Counted from the first letter of the stretch, positions 51,449 through 61,980 are shown. The stretch: DNA of 64,000 nucleotides from Bugula neritina (GCA_964035545.1 OZ037770.1:6148729-6212728); one strand, 5' to 3'. Notes: generated from the letters alone by a model not told the origin. Numbers and translations: made by a program.

Positions 51449-54400
51449 AACCTCCAGGGAAGAAGAAACGTAGGTCACCCAGACGGGTACCGCGTATTGG
51501 CAACCAACAGTGGCAACAGCCACGACGGACCAGCAAGGGGCTTCGCCCCGCGGCTGCCTTTTCTATGCCCCTTCACAACAGATTCACAGGGCTACAAGTC
51601 CAAGAATCTGGATGGGAGCCCACAAAGGTAGCTGAGAATCTAGCCTCGGCACCCCCGAGGCCTACCTACCATTGCCTTAAGAGACCTCCTTCGCGACCCA
51701 AAGCGAGGGAGGTACTCCCTGCGAGAGTAAGGCCTGAAGGGAGAGTTCAGGTGCAGCCCCATGGGAACAGCTATTTCTTGCCCGGTAAACTGGAAGGCAA
51801 AGCTGTTACTTTCCTCATTGATTCGGGCTGTACCACAAACCTCTTAAGCCGCCAACTCTTCGACACCCTCAGTACTAGGGTCAGGGGTGAGATGGAAGCA
51901 TACGAAGGGGAATACGGCACCCTCGCTGACGGGTCGTGCCTTCCCTTCTATGGTATAATTGAGCTGACGGGACGAGTCCGTGATCAAACGATCAAAGAGA
52001 CGTTCATCGTCAGTCAGCTCAAGGAGGATGCTATCCTCGGGATGCCGTTCCTTAAACGGCACGGATGTCACATAGATTTTAGCAGATCTGCAATGATGAT
52101 GTCCGGGCGGGAACTCGCCTGCGTCGACAAGTTCGGCCGCCCTTTAGTGGGAGGTGTGCAAGTGGTACGCAACCGTATCATACCAGGCCGCTCCCGGGCT
52201 ACCATTCACTGCAGAGTGAATAGTAGCTGGATCTCTGGACTCGGGGTGGTTGAAGGCGCGCACGAAAAGATCCAACTTGCCAGCAGTCAGAATCAGCTGA
52301 CTGAGCAAGGGGAGATCTTAGTGCAGTGCGTCAACCCCTTTACCGAGCCTATCAAGCTCCCGGCTGGGTCGATGCTGGGCCGTTTTCACTCTGTTCAGGA
52401 GGGAGACGTAGGCCCGTCGCTGGGTGATGCGACAGAGGCACTCCCTCGACACCCTATTCAGGGACGAGGGGCAGTCCCAACACATCTCCGGGAGTTATAT
52501 GAAACAGCCAGTGGCGGCTGCGCGAGTAACAGGGAACGCCAAGCTATGGCTAAGTTACTACGCGACTACGGTGATGTGTTCAGCAGCGGAGAGCATGACG
52601 TGGGACTGACTGGAATTGTCAGACACGGAATACCGCTGACTGCAGGGACAGTTCCTGTCCGGCAGCCCACCCGCAGGTTGGGGCCGGAGAAAGAGAAGGA
52701 GGTTAGCCGACAAGTACGGGATCTTCTGGACCAGGGACTGATAGAGCCCGCCCATAGTGCGTGGAGCTCGCCAGTCGTACTGGTCCGGAAGAAAGACGGC
52801 AGTTGGCGGTTCTGTGTGGACTACCGCAAACTCAATAGCGTAACCATACAGGACGCCTACCCTCTACCTCGTATTGACGAGTCATTGGACGCCCTAGCCG
52901 GCAGCAAGTACTTCAATACGTTAGACTTGCTAAGCGGCTATTGGCAAGTTCCTCTGAGTCCCGACGCCCAGGAGAAAGCGGTGTTTATCACACGGGACGG
53001 TTTGTGGAAGTGGAAGGTGCTGCCCTTCGGGTTAACCTCCGCCCCAGCCACCTTCCAGAGGCTGATGGAACAAGTCCTTAGCGGACTCCATTGGAAGACA
53101 CTGCTGGTCTACCTCGATGATGTCATCGTAATCTCTCCAGACTTCGAGACACATGTCAGTCGTCTGCAGGAGGTTTTCGAGAGACTCCGAGGTGCCGGTC
53201 TTAAGCTCAAACCTTCCAAGTGCGCTCTATTGCAGCCGGAGGTCAAGTACCTGGGGCACGTTGTCGGTCGAAACGGCGTGGCAACGGATCCCGAAAAGGT
53301 ACGGGCAGTAGAAGACTGGGTCACCCCCCAAGACTTGACCGGACTCCGGGCTTTCTTGGGGCTGGTAGGGTATTACAGGCAATACATACCAGACTTTGCG
53401 GGCATAGCCCAGCCGTTAAACCGGCTCACCGCAAAGGGAGTGACGTGGCAGTGGACTCCAGTCGAACAAGAAGCGTTCGACCGCCTCAAGGGCTGCCTAC
53501 TAACGGCGCCCATCTTGGCCTACCCAGACCCCACTCTGGAGTATATCCTAGACACGGACGCCAGTGACCAGAATGTTGGCGCTGTGCTGTCACAAGTGCA
53601 GGAAGGCCGAGAGGTAGTAGTAGCCTACTACAGCAAGTCTCTCTCACCCGCTGAACGAAATTACTGCACTACCCGCAAGGAGCTGCTGGCAGTAATCAAG
53701 TCAGTGAAGCACTTCAGACCGTACCTATATGGCAGGAAGTTCCGGCTGCGTACGGATCATGCCTCGCTGATCTGGTTGTGCAGAAGAGCAGAGCCCTCTA
53801 GTCAGGTCGCCCGGTGGCTCGAAATCCTAGCTGAATTCTCATACCGGATCGAACATCGACCGGGCAAGAGACACAGCAATGCGGATGGGTTGAGTCGCCG
53901 ACCTGACGGAGGTTGCAAACAGTGTCTCAACATCGAGAGGAGGGATGGAGGTCCCCCACGATGCGAGTTGGAGACGCTGGCTCATCACGGAGCACCGTTT
54001 GACTGGGATCAAGGTCAACTCAGGCAAAGAGTTGATGAGTCCCCGGAGGATGTACAAAACCTCCGCGCCAACCCTGTACTGGCCGGTAATGTTCGAGAGC
54101 TGAAGAAGCTCCAAGAAGAGCTGCCTGGAGTCGTGGCAGACATATACCGGGCCAAAAGGGAAGGGCGACGACCCAGCGAGGAACGCATACGACAGGGATG
54201 CGCCGAGTTCCGGCTATACTGTCAGCGTTGGGACTCGCTGCGGATCGGGCAGGATGGGTTGCTAACCATCTCTCTAGCTGCCAGCGGCAGACACCCGGAA
54301 AGGAAGAGGGTAGTCTGCCCCACAGCCATCCGCCGTGAGTTGATTTGGGATACTCACAAGCAGGCCCACGCAGGGGTCAAGCGAGTGATGTCCAAATTAC

Positions 54401-55968
54401 GACTCCGGTGGTATTGGCCACAAATGGAGCGTGATGTCCGGCTCAGAGTCAAACAGTGTGAGATCTGCCAGGCCAGTAAGCATAGCCGCCCCCCTGGTGA
54501 AGCAGGACGGCGGAGGCTATACGCTGGTAGGCCCTGGCAAGTAGTCGCTGTAGACCTGGTCGGACCCATGCCCCTGACCCCCAGAGGCAATAATTGGATC
54601 CTAGTACTAACCGACCACTTTACTAGGTGGGCGGATGCTCTGGCTATCCCAGATGCATCAGCCCCAACAGTGGCCAGGGCACTAGACCAACATGTATTCT
54701 GTTATTTTGGGCTCCCCGAACAGATACACTCTGATCAAGGCGCTCAATTCCAGTCTCAACTGATGAGCGACCTTTGCCGCTTCTGGGGAGTAAATCAGAG
54801 CAGGACCACCCCCTACCACCCTCAAGGTAACGGGGTGGTGGAGCGCAACAACCGGATGTTAGGTGATGCACTCCGGAGTCTCCTCCTTGGACGAGGTCAA
54901 GAGGAATGGGATACGGTGTTGCCGCAAGTCATGCGTGCATACCGTAGCACCCCACACACCAGTACTGGTGAGACCCCAAACCTCTTGATGCTCGGGAGAG
55001 AGACTCGTGTCCCTGACCATCTCACCTATCACGTTCCAGAGCAGGATAACTCAGTCCACGAGTATGCCAGTGAACTAGTGGAACGGATGAAGGCCGCACA
55101 CGAGATACTGCGCCAACAGCAGTGGAAGGTGCGGCACGAAGATTCCGATGAACCACCCCTCTATCAAAGGGGAGATAAGGTGTGGATGGTCAATTACCGT
55201 AGGCGCCGCGGACAGGCTGATAAGCTGAAGCCTAAGTTCGTAGGCCCCTACGTGGTTGTCGAGGCTATGCCCAATCATACGTACAAGATTGAGCACTCAG
55301 GACAGGTGTCTATCCAGAATGAGTCTCGCTTGAAATCGTATTGGGCTAGCCCCGGCGGAGTGGGAGAAGCCCCCCCGTTGTTAGAGCCCAGGAGGCAGAC
55401 AACAACGCGCGGGCGACGGCGGCATGGACCTGAATACGAAGTGGTCATACCGCGGGAAGAAAACTTGGTGAGAGAGAAGCGGCAGCTTTTGTCAACAGAA
55501 GCGTGTCTGCCACCGCCAAGTCTAATTCCATCACTTCCAGAAACCGAGCCGGTTCCGGAAGTGCAAACCCCCACGGAGGGAGGGGCTCCATCCGGAGAAC
55601 GAGAAGAGGTGACTGCTGACGGTGAAGTAGAGACGCCATTAGAGGCCCCTACTAACGAACCGGCAAGCGTGTCACCCCCCCTAGAAAGGGGACAGCGTAC
55701 GAGGCAACCCCCCGCATACTTGAAGGACTTCGTATGTGACTGCGTTAAAAGCGGCACGCATGAAAGTCTAGGGGAAAACCGTACGAGAAAAGAATCGAGC
55801 AAATGTGGGAGTTGTCAACACCACGGAAATATCAACTTTTGCATCGGCGGAAATAGAAACAAAATTCATCCGCCGGGTGCACAAAGTCTTAATCACGCAC
55901 CCCAACCACGCTGCTCGATCTTTTCATACGCTGATGCAGTCAGGAGTAGACGTGTTTCTAAGCAGTAG
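51337..55968 (+). CDS. Gypsy B pol (PR-RT-RNaseH-IN), uninterrupted, in -1 frame relative to gag
   Basis: 1543-codon ORF with LIDSGC, YLDD, TDAS, HHCC, SDQGAQF, GPY and RTRQPPAYLKDF, plus a Cys-containing C-terminal extension. Confidence 0.96.
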   Translation: MLGVRKSRTFPPILSLPKSGVKLPRPADVPTFRGPTMKPPGKKKRRSPRRVPRIGNQQWQQPRRTSKGLRPAAAFSMPLHNRFTGLQVQESGWEPTKVAENLASAPPRPTYHCLKRPPSRPKAREVLPARVRPEGRVQVQPHGNSYFLPGKLEGKAVTFLIDSGCTTNLLSRQLFDTLSTRVRGEMEAYEGEYGTLADGSCLPFYGIIELTGRVRDQTIKETFIVSQLKEDAILGMPFLKRHGCHIDFSRSAMMMSGRELACVDKFGRPLVGGVQVVRNRIIPGRSRATIHCRVNSSWISGLGVVEGAHEKIQLASSQNQLTEQGEILVQCVNPFTEPIKLPAGSMLGRFHSVQEGDVGPSLGDATEALPRHPIQGRGAVPTHLRELYETASGGCASNRERQAMAKLLRDYGDVFSSGEHDVGLTGIVRHGIPLTAGTVPVRQPTRRLGPEKEKEVSRQVRDLLDQGLIEPAHSAWSSPVVLVRKKDGSWRFCVDYRKLNSVTIQDAYPLPRIDESLDALAGSKYFNTLDLLSGYWQVPLSPDAQEKAVFITRDGLWKWKVLPFGLTSAPATFQRLMEQVLSGLHWKTLLVYLDDVIVISPDFETHVSRLQEVFERLRGAGLKLKPSKCALLQPEVKYLGHVVGRNGVATDPEKVRAVEDWVTPQDLTGLRAFLGLVGYYRQYIPDFAGIAQPLNRLTAKGVTWQWTPVEQEAFDRLKGCLLTAPILAYPDPTLEYILDTDASDQNVGAVLSQVQEGREVVVAYYSKSLSPAERNYCTTRKELLAVIKSVKHFRPYLYGRKFRLRTDHASLIWLCRRAEPSSQVARWLEILAEFSYRIEHRPGKRHSNADGLSRRPDGGCKQCLNIERRDGGPPRCELETLAHHGAPFDWDQGQLRQRVDESPEDVQNLRANPVLAGNVRELKKLQEELPGVVADIYRAKREGRRPSEERIRQGCAEFRLYCQRWDSLRIGQDGLLTISLAASGRHPERKRVVCPTAIRRELIWDTHKQAHAGVKRVMSKLRLRWYWPQMERDVRLRVKQCEICQASKHSRPPGEAGRRRLYAGRPWQVVAVDLVGPMPLTPRGNNWILVLTDHFTRWADALAIPDASAPTVARALDQHVFCYFGLPEQIHSDQGAQFQSQLMSDLCRFWGVNQSRTTPYHPQGNGVVERNNRMLGDALRSLLLGRGQEEWDTVLPQVMRAYRSTPHTSTGETPNLLMLGRETRVPDHLTYHVPEQDNSVHEYASELVERMKAAHEILRQQQWKVRHEDSDEPPLYQRGDKVWMVNYRRRRGQADKLKPKFVGPYVVVEAMPNHTYKIEHSGQVSIQNESRLKSYWASPGGVGEAPPLLEPRRQTTTRGRRRHGPEYEVVIPREENLVREKRQLLSTEACLPPPSLIPSLPETEPVPEVQTPTEGGAPSGEREEVTADGEVETPLEAPTNEPASVSPPLERGQRTRQPPAYLKDFVCDCVKSGTHESLGENRTRKESSKCGSCQHHGNINFCIGGNRNKIHPPGAQSLNHAPQPRCSIFSYADAVRSRRVSKQ
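51397..51461 (+). other. Predicted -1 ribosomal frameshift signal (G_TTA_AAC plus pseudoknot) of Gypsy B
   Basis: GTTAAAC 51397-51403 in gag frame; stem CGGCCCGC (51409-51416)/GCGGGCCG (51434-51441); loop TTCCC pairs with GGGAA (51457-51461). Confidence 0.72.
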
Positions 55969-55992
55969 TTCAAACCATTTCACACATTCAGT

Positions 55993-56805
55993 ATGTCTTA
56001 CGACAACAGATCGTGGGATTACACTCGACCCGCTACAACCAGGGTACGGGATAGAACACTTCCCGCTCCGTATCCGGAGGAGTACGCTAGTGGTGACCGG
56101 CCTGAGCCACTACGCCGCCGTTGGCGGTGGGTGTCTCCACAAACAGAAGAAGAAATAGAAACAGCCTGGGGGTCCAGAGGACGGACGAGATGCCAGATCT
56201 GTGGTGAAGATTGCGCCTCTCACCGCTCCCTTAAACTACACGTCAATGCTCATCTCCTACTAACATTCTGCCCCTGCGGGTACAATGATGTGTATCCCTA
56301 CCCCGTCACCAGACACAGAGCGGCGGGCTGTTTCCCTGGAGAAAACTACGTGGTCGACGCTAAGCTATACCCGGAGTTCCTCACACTTATACGACCTCTG
56401 GTGAAGAAGGCCATGTTGTTAGCCGTTCTGTCCTCGGGGTTCCAACGTGTGTTAGACAACGCCCGCCAACAATCCCCGTTGGTGTCTGACCGTCCTCAAA
56501 TTACATACACCCCCGAGGAAATTACATATCCAGAAGAAGGAGAGATCTCTCCTACACCGGCGAAGAGACGAACCAGGTCCCCCAGTCCACCCTTGCGCCG
56601 CAGACGGACACCATCCCCAGACCCAGTACGCCTGGCTACCGTAGAAGAACGCCTCCTACGATTACAAGAAGAGTTCACCCAGCTGGCACCAGATCTACTT
56701 AACACTACCACAGGACTCTTCCAGTTAAAGGGATCCGTATGCCGTATGAAACGGAAACTGCGTACATGCCAAGCCAAGCACCGGCGTGCCCAACAAGGAC
56801 TCTAG
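55993..56805 (+). CDS. Gypsy B ORF3: zinc-finger plus coiled-coil protein (270 aa)
   Basis: CQIC-x12-H-x3-H, FCPCG...H...C, RS/SP-rich linker (KRRTRSPSPPLRRRRTPSP), coiled coil LATVEERLLRLQEEF...RMKRKLR. AG acceptor-like sequence just before the ATG. Confidence 0.87.
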   Translation: MSYDNRSWDYTRPATTRVRDRTLPAPYPEEYASGDRPEPLRRRWRWVSPQTEEEIETAWGSRGRTRCQICGEDCASHRSLKLHVNAHLLLTFCPCGYNDVYPYPVTRHRAAGCFPGENYVVDAKLYPEFLTLIRPLVKKAMLLAVLSSGFQRVLDNARQQSPLVSDRPQITYTPEEITYPEEGEISPTPAKRRTRSPSPPLRRRRTPSPDPVRLATVEERLLRLQEEFTQLAPDLLNTTTGLFQLKGSVCRMKRKLRTCQAKHRRAQQGL

Positions 56806-57088
56806 TTAGACTACCCTGAGTACTCCAACTCCGCCTCTTGGGAGAAGCCAAGATCGTGCAAATGCTTAACTGCTAGACAGGTTATTCCTTGTCTAATACC
56901 ACAGCTAGCTAGTATTCCTCGTCTATCTACAGCTGGCCAATTGTATGCAACGGATCGTTAAATGACTCTGCCTATTATTGTGTCTCTTCCTGTATATTAT
57001 GTATTATTTTGTCCACTGATGTATGCAATTACTATTGAATGTTTTTTTTATATATATCAGAAAGATGGCTTTCTGCTGGTGGGGGCGG

Positions 57089-57395
57089 TGTGGTGGTTCG
57101 TGGAACTACCAGCAGCACAACATGTAGGGTCGCGTAATTGACCCGGAACAATGAATAGCCAATTAGCGTAGTTGATAGTTAGCAGCAATTGTAGTTTCCC
57201 GCTGCTAACTCAGTCGAAGCTAGAGTGTGAAATAGATTAGATGTGTAACTTGTTTGGAAATAATGTATCGTGTTTTTATAATGTATAGTTGTGTATAAAA
57301 TATACTCGTTCACTCGACTTATCCTGGTGCAGTTCTATAGTAGATAAATAGACTCTCTGGATAGCACATCAACCCTAAATCTGAAAATTATAACA
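57089..57395 (+). repeat. 3' LTR of Gypsy B
   Basis: Matches 50159-50463. Confidence 0.95.
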
Positions 57396-57812
57396 ATATT
57401 AGGTATGACAACAGTCAATAAGGATTATACTTTTCGCAAAGGGCTTTACTATCAAAGCTAAAAAAATTCATTTGAAAATTGAAAATATTTACTTTTTACA
57501 AGAAGCCAATAGTTGTATATTTTCATTTTACTTTTAAATTTTATAATTAGTTCCAAATAAAATAACCTTTAAATAAAAGTGCAGTTACGTTTTTCATGAC
57601 AATGGTGTATGCTTTTTTAATTGTTTACTGTTTTCAATACTTAAATTCAGCATAAAAATGTTGTGGCTAGCAGTTAATTTGTAGTGCTTATATTAGCCTG
57701 GTAAAACTTTCAAATAATAAACAGTTATTTCTACTTAACATAAATTGAGAAAATTGCCTAAAACTTGATTTTGATATAAGTGCTTTCCTCATTATTGGAA
57801 ATAATTTTGTAG

Positions 57813-60800
57813 GAGAGTCATCTGGTTTGCAAGCACAGTCCACAGTGTCTGATGCAGATCATGGTAGGTTTATTAATTTGCATATTCTTAATTTGATGTC
57901 TTTCTGTGCAATTATGACTTTCAGCTTTACAACCTTTTTTGTTATATGCAGCACAGTTTCAAATTGAAAAAATATTAATTGATAGATTGACAGTTTTAGT
58001 TTGTTATACGCAACGTATTTTCAAATTAAACAATTGTCAATTAATAAATTGATAGTTTTGGTGCACCTAGGGAGATATTGTTTTATTGGTAATAAAAATG
58101 ATATTTTATTGTTGGAACATCTCAATTATACCTTTTGACTAAAAGAACTGAGCAAGAATGTAGCAAAGTACAAGAATTACTAAATTTAATAAAATTCTAT
58201 TGAAATTATAATTAATAGTACTTGATATACATGCTGGCTGCTGCAATTCACTTAATTTTGTTTTTTTTTCAGTGCACACCCTAAAGACACGACTTCAAAA
58301 TGGTAAGTCAGCATAAACCTATCGAAAATATTTACGGGTGGGGGATTGTAGTATAATTTGATGTCATCTAATTATGCAGATTATAGTGCCATAGATCATT
58401 AAAATGGGTTATGCCGGTTGACGTAACCTAAGTTTTAAAATTTCCCATACTTATTACTGTTCTTAACAACATAAATAACTGTGATCACGTTTTAAAATAT
58501 CTGTTTTATGTAAAGTTTTGTGGCATTGTAGCATCTCAAGCTGTTGCAATGCAGAGTTACCGATGTAGTAATAATGACTTTACATAATAGTTAGTCAAAT
58601 TTTGCAATAAAATATTATTTTTTTTGTCATTTATAGTCGAAGTTCATTTGTACATAAAGGAGGGAAGAACAAAAGATTGCTCCAAGATTGATTATTGCTA
58701 CTTTTGTAAGAAACCCATCAAGTCCAAGATATTTCGCCATTACAAATCTATCCATTCAACTGAAGAGATGGTGAAGCAATGCCAAAGTAGTAATGACAAA
58801 AAAGAGATTAACTGAGAGTTGGAGAGGGTGAAGAACTTAGGAAATTTTGAACACAATGCAAAGGTGGGCTCATAATGTTTCACAAGTCTTCTAGATGTAG
58901 CAACTTGCAGTTATACAATTATCATAGCCACTTAAAAATGTTTTCTTGAATTTTTATTTAGGTACTAAATGATGGTCAAGGAGAGTTGGTGGTGATTCAA
59001 CGCCCTTTAAAAGCTACACCAGCAGACAAGTATTTACCGTGCACCTTTTGCTATGGCTTTTATGCCAAAAAATCATTGGCTCGGCACATTGAGCGATGCA
59101 TGTTCAACAAAGAAAAGGCATCAGGTAAAGCTGCAGCCAAAACTGGCAGGGCACTGTTGTATAGCCATCTTACTACAACTACTGAGGACAAACAAAGTTG
59201 GGCAGAGCTCGTGAGTGGGCTAAGCGAAATACACGTGAATCCAGGTAAACATTACTTACTTAATTATTAGAAATGTTTTTAAAACTGATCGTTTATTATT
59301 AGTATGTCAGACTAAAGATGTTTTCACATTTTCAGAATTTTTCGAGTAGTAAATTAAATCTGGGAATTTTGGAAGCAAAGGTATAATTGCCTTTTCAATT
59401 TGTTTTAAACCTTAGAAGCTAAAGAGATCGGTTTGCGCAAGTTCTTGAATTTTGTCCTTGTATTAAAGCTTTGTGAGTAGGTAGCGATTAGTAGAAACTA
59501 AATGTTGAATTTCTTTTATAAATAACTGGATGCTAATATATATAGCTCAAAATGTTTGAAATACAGCCCCTAATACTGCTGAGTTTATTTATTGTGCAAA
59601 ACTGACAATAATAGTACTATCCGGCGTCCAATCAAACTGGTGCCTAAACTTTATTTATTAATTCAAGCAATCGCTGCACACACTGTGCTGCTCACACTGT
59701 GCTGCTCACACTGTGCTGCTCACACTGTGCTGCTCACACTGTGCTGCTCACACTGTGCTGCTCACACTGTGCTGCTCACACTGTGCTGCTCACACTGTAA
59801 CAATTTTTTTTCATTTATTGTAGGATTGTACAAAATTATAAAAACTGATCCTCTCATGTGAGAGCTAGGAAAGGTCTGCTAATAAGAATGGGCGACAAGA
59901 CATTGAGACGTCCCGGTGCAGCAGAACTCAACCTTGTCAGAGGGAAGCTTAGATTCGTGGCAAGATTATTTATCAAAATGCAAAATCGCTGCAGAGTTAA
60001 TACAGTATCAGAAGTGTTGGATTGTAAGCATTTTGATCATCTACTTTGTGCCGCTAGGGAAATGTCAATGGACAATACCCAAACTGGGTTAACAATGGGT
60101 GGGTATTTGAAGCAGCTCAACATCATAAAACGATCATTTGCTATGAAAGCAAAGGATTCACAAATGAAAGAAGACTGTGATGACTTTATGTGGCACATGA
60201 AACAAAAGTGGATTAATTAGGTGGCAGAAATTGCGTCAAAGAGGAAAAAATTGAATACATTGAATAAGCCTCAAGAACTTCCTCTAGACAGAGACTTGGA
60301 CACTCTAACATACTTTTTAAAAAAGAAGTTACTGGGTTTTCAGAGCCTCGCACCATCTGAAATAGCAAAGCTCTGCCTCACATATCTAATTTTGTTTAAC
60401 AAAAGAAGACCGATGGAAGTCGCAGAGCTGACAACAAGAAACTTTTTAGAAGAGCTAAAAAAAACCCAAGAGGACCATCAGCAAATTCTTGCATCATTGG
60501 ATGCAACCGAAAAAATCAATGCTGTAAGGTTAGTTTCTATTTACTTATTCTGTCAAAGCTATCATACAAATTTGTTGACTGATTTTAAATTATTGTTAGC
60601 AATTCAATATCTGCTAACTGAAAACTTTAATTTTAGAATTGTAATTGTTTTAGAAGAAAAGCAATAGAGGTTAGAGGGGAGTCAACAGGGCCTCTATGGA
60701 AAGTATTATTTTGATCTCTGAGTTCCTGATTAGTCCACTTAAGCAAGTATCTAGCTTAAACCGTCAATTTCTGTTTGAAAGGTAACGCAATTAAGAATTA

Positions 60801-61632
60801 TCAGCGACTTTTATATATTAAAATAAAAATAATTTCAAATGTATAGACCTAAATGAACATTCTTGTTTTAACTTATTTTTGCATTCTATAAATGCAACAG
60901 ATGGAACGTAAGTTTATTGCTTCTAAAGTACTATATAATTTCTAACCTTGGTAATAAGTTATAAATCCTCAAATACACGGTGTCCACATCTTACATGATG
61001 TACCTATTTTAACATGCTATTCCTTAAAAATTGTTGTGCTCATTTTATAACTTTCATAAAAGAAGTTATTTTATAGTTGTAGCCAATACTCAACTCGGCC
61101 CCCTTCTGGTACAGCAGTAATAAAGGAAGTTGTTGGCAGCTGCCCGGGTCTTGAGCGCCCAGACCTTTTGCATGCCCAAAAATTTAGAAAGTTCTTAGCA
61201 ACAATGTGTCAGGTTGGTTATTTAGTTTCGTTTTCATTTAAATTTTTTACATTAGCAAAAACCACAAACAGATTAGCACGTTAAAGTAACAAATTATATA
61301 ATACAGCCATCGCAATTTGTTGTAAAGTAAATTTTTATGAGCTTGCAGCTAATTCTTATGCATCTAATTCTCTAATATACTTTGGAAATCGAACCTTTGT
61401 TGTATTGCAGCTTAATAGCCAAATATTTTAATTTCAGACCAAAAATCTTGACAAAAATGAATTAGAGATGATGGCTGATCATCTGGGCCACTCAGTGAAC
61501 ATACACACTTCTGTCTATAGGCTCCAATCTAATTTAATTGAACGAACAAAAGTGGCCAAAATTTTAATGGCTATTGAAAATGGAGGCATTGCGAAGACTG
61601 CGGAAGCAAGGCAGTTAGACGAAATAGAAGTT

Positions 61633-61634
<2 letters not shown>
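57813..61634 (+). pseudogene. Spliced Crypton-like (CryptonV-type) tyrosine recombinase pseudogene with N-terminal zinc fingers
   Basis: Exons about 57813-57863, 58273-58302, 58637-58863, 58962-59244, 59824-60528, 60653-60781, 61077-61212, 61438-61634. Motifs CYFC...RHYKSIH, KNLGNFEHN, YLPCTFCYGFY...RHIERC, LILFNKRRPMEV, IEVRG, KFRKFLATMCQ, MADHLGHSVNIHTSVYRL. In-frame stops at 58813, 59859 and 60218. Confidence 0.78.
59678..59798. repeat. 14-bp minisatellite (CACACTGTGCTGCT, about 8.5 copies) in an intron
   Basis: Tandem copies read directly. Confidence 0.93.
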
Positions 61635-61684
<50 letters not shown>

Positions 61685-61812
61685 AATCTGTGGACAGCAG
61701 CTGTTTCGGGATTTGTCCCCTCATCAGCACAGAACAGAGTACCATGGCCCACACCTTCGCAATAGTAAAACTTATAGTTTTACTAAAGCATATTTAAAAG
61801 GTGTATACATAT

Positions 61813-61876
<64 letters not shown>

Positions 61877-61905
61877 GTATATATACGTGTGTGTATATGT
61901 ATATA
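61635..61905. repeat. (TA)n and (CA)/(TA) microsatellites (61635-61680, about 61803-61905)
   Basis: Read directly. Confidence 0.95.
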
Positions 61906-61980
61906 AAAACTTATATCTAAAAATAGTATATTAAAACTAATACATAAAATAATATATACAAGTAATGATGAGTAATATAT

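Larger units (their letters stand above)
50159..57395 (+). mobile_element. Full-length Ty3/Gypsy LTR retrotransposon B (intact gag, pol, zinc-finger ORF3)
   Basis: LTRs 50159-50463 and 57089-57395 (roughly 10 differences); flanks ATAC/ATAT (imperfect 4-bp TSD); PBS TGGTGGCAGCGGTGGGAT 50465-50482; PPT-like GGTGGGGGCGG before the 3' LTR. Confidence 0.97.

Noticed and set aside
59592-59861. Cys/His-repeat ORF resembling a metal-binding protein
   Set aside because: Translation of the 14-bp intronic minisatellite.
61468-61934. YI-repeat protein tails
   Set aside because: Translation of (TA)n microsatellites.
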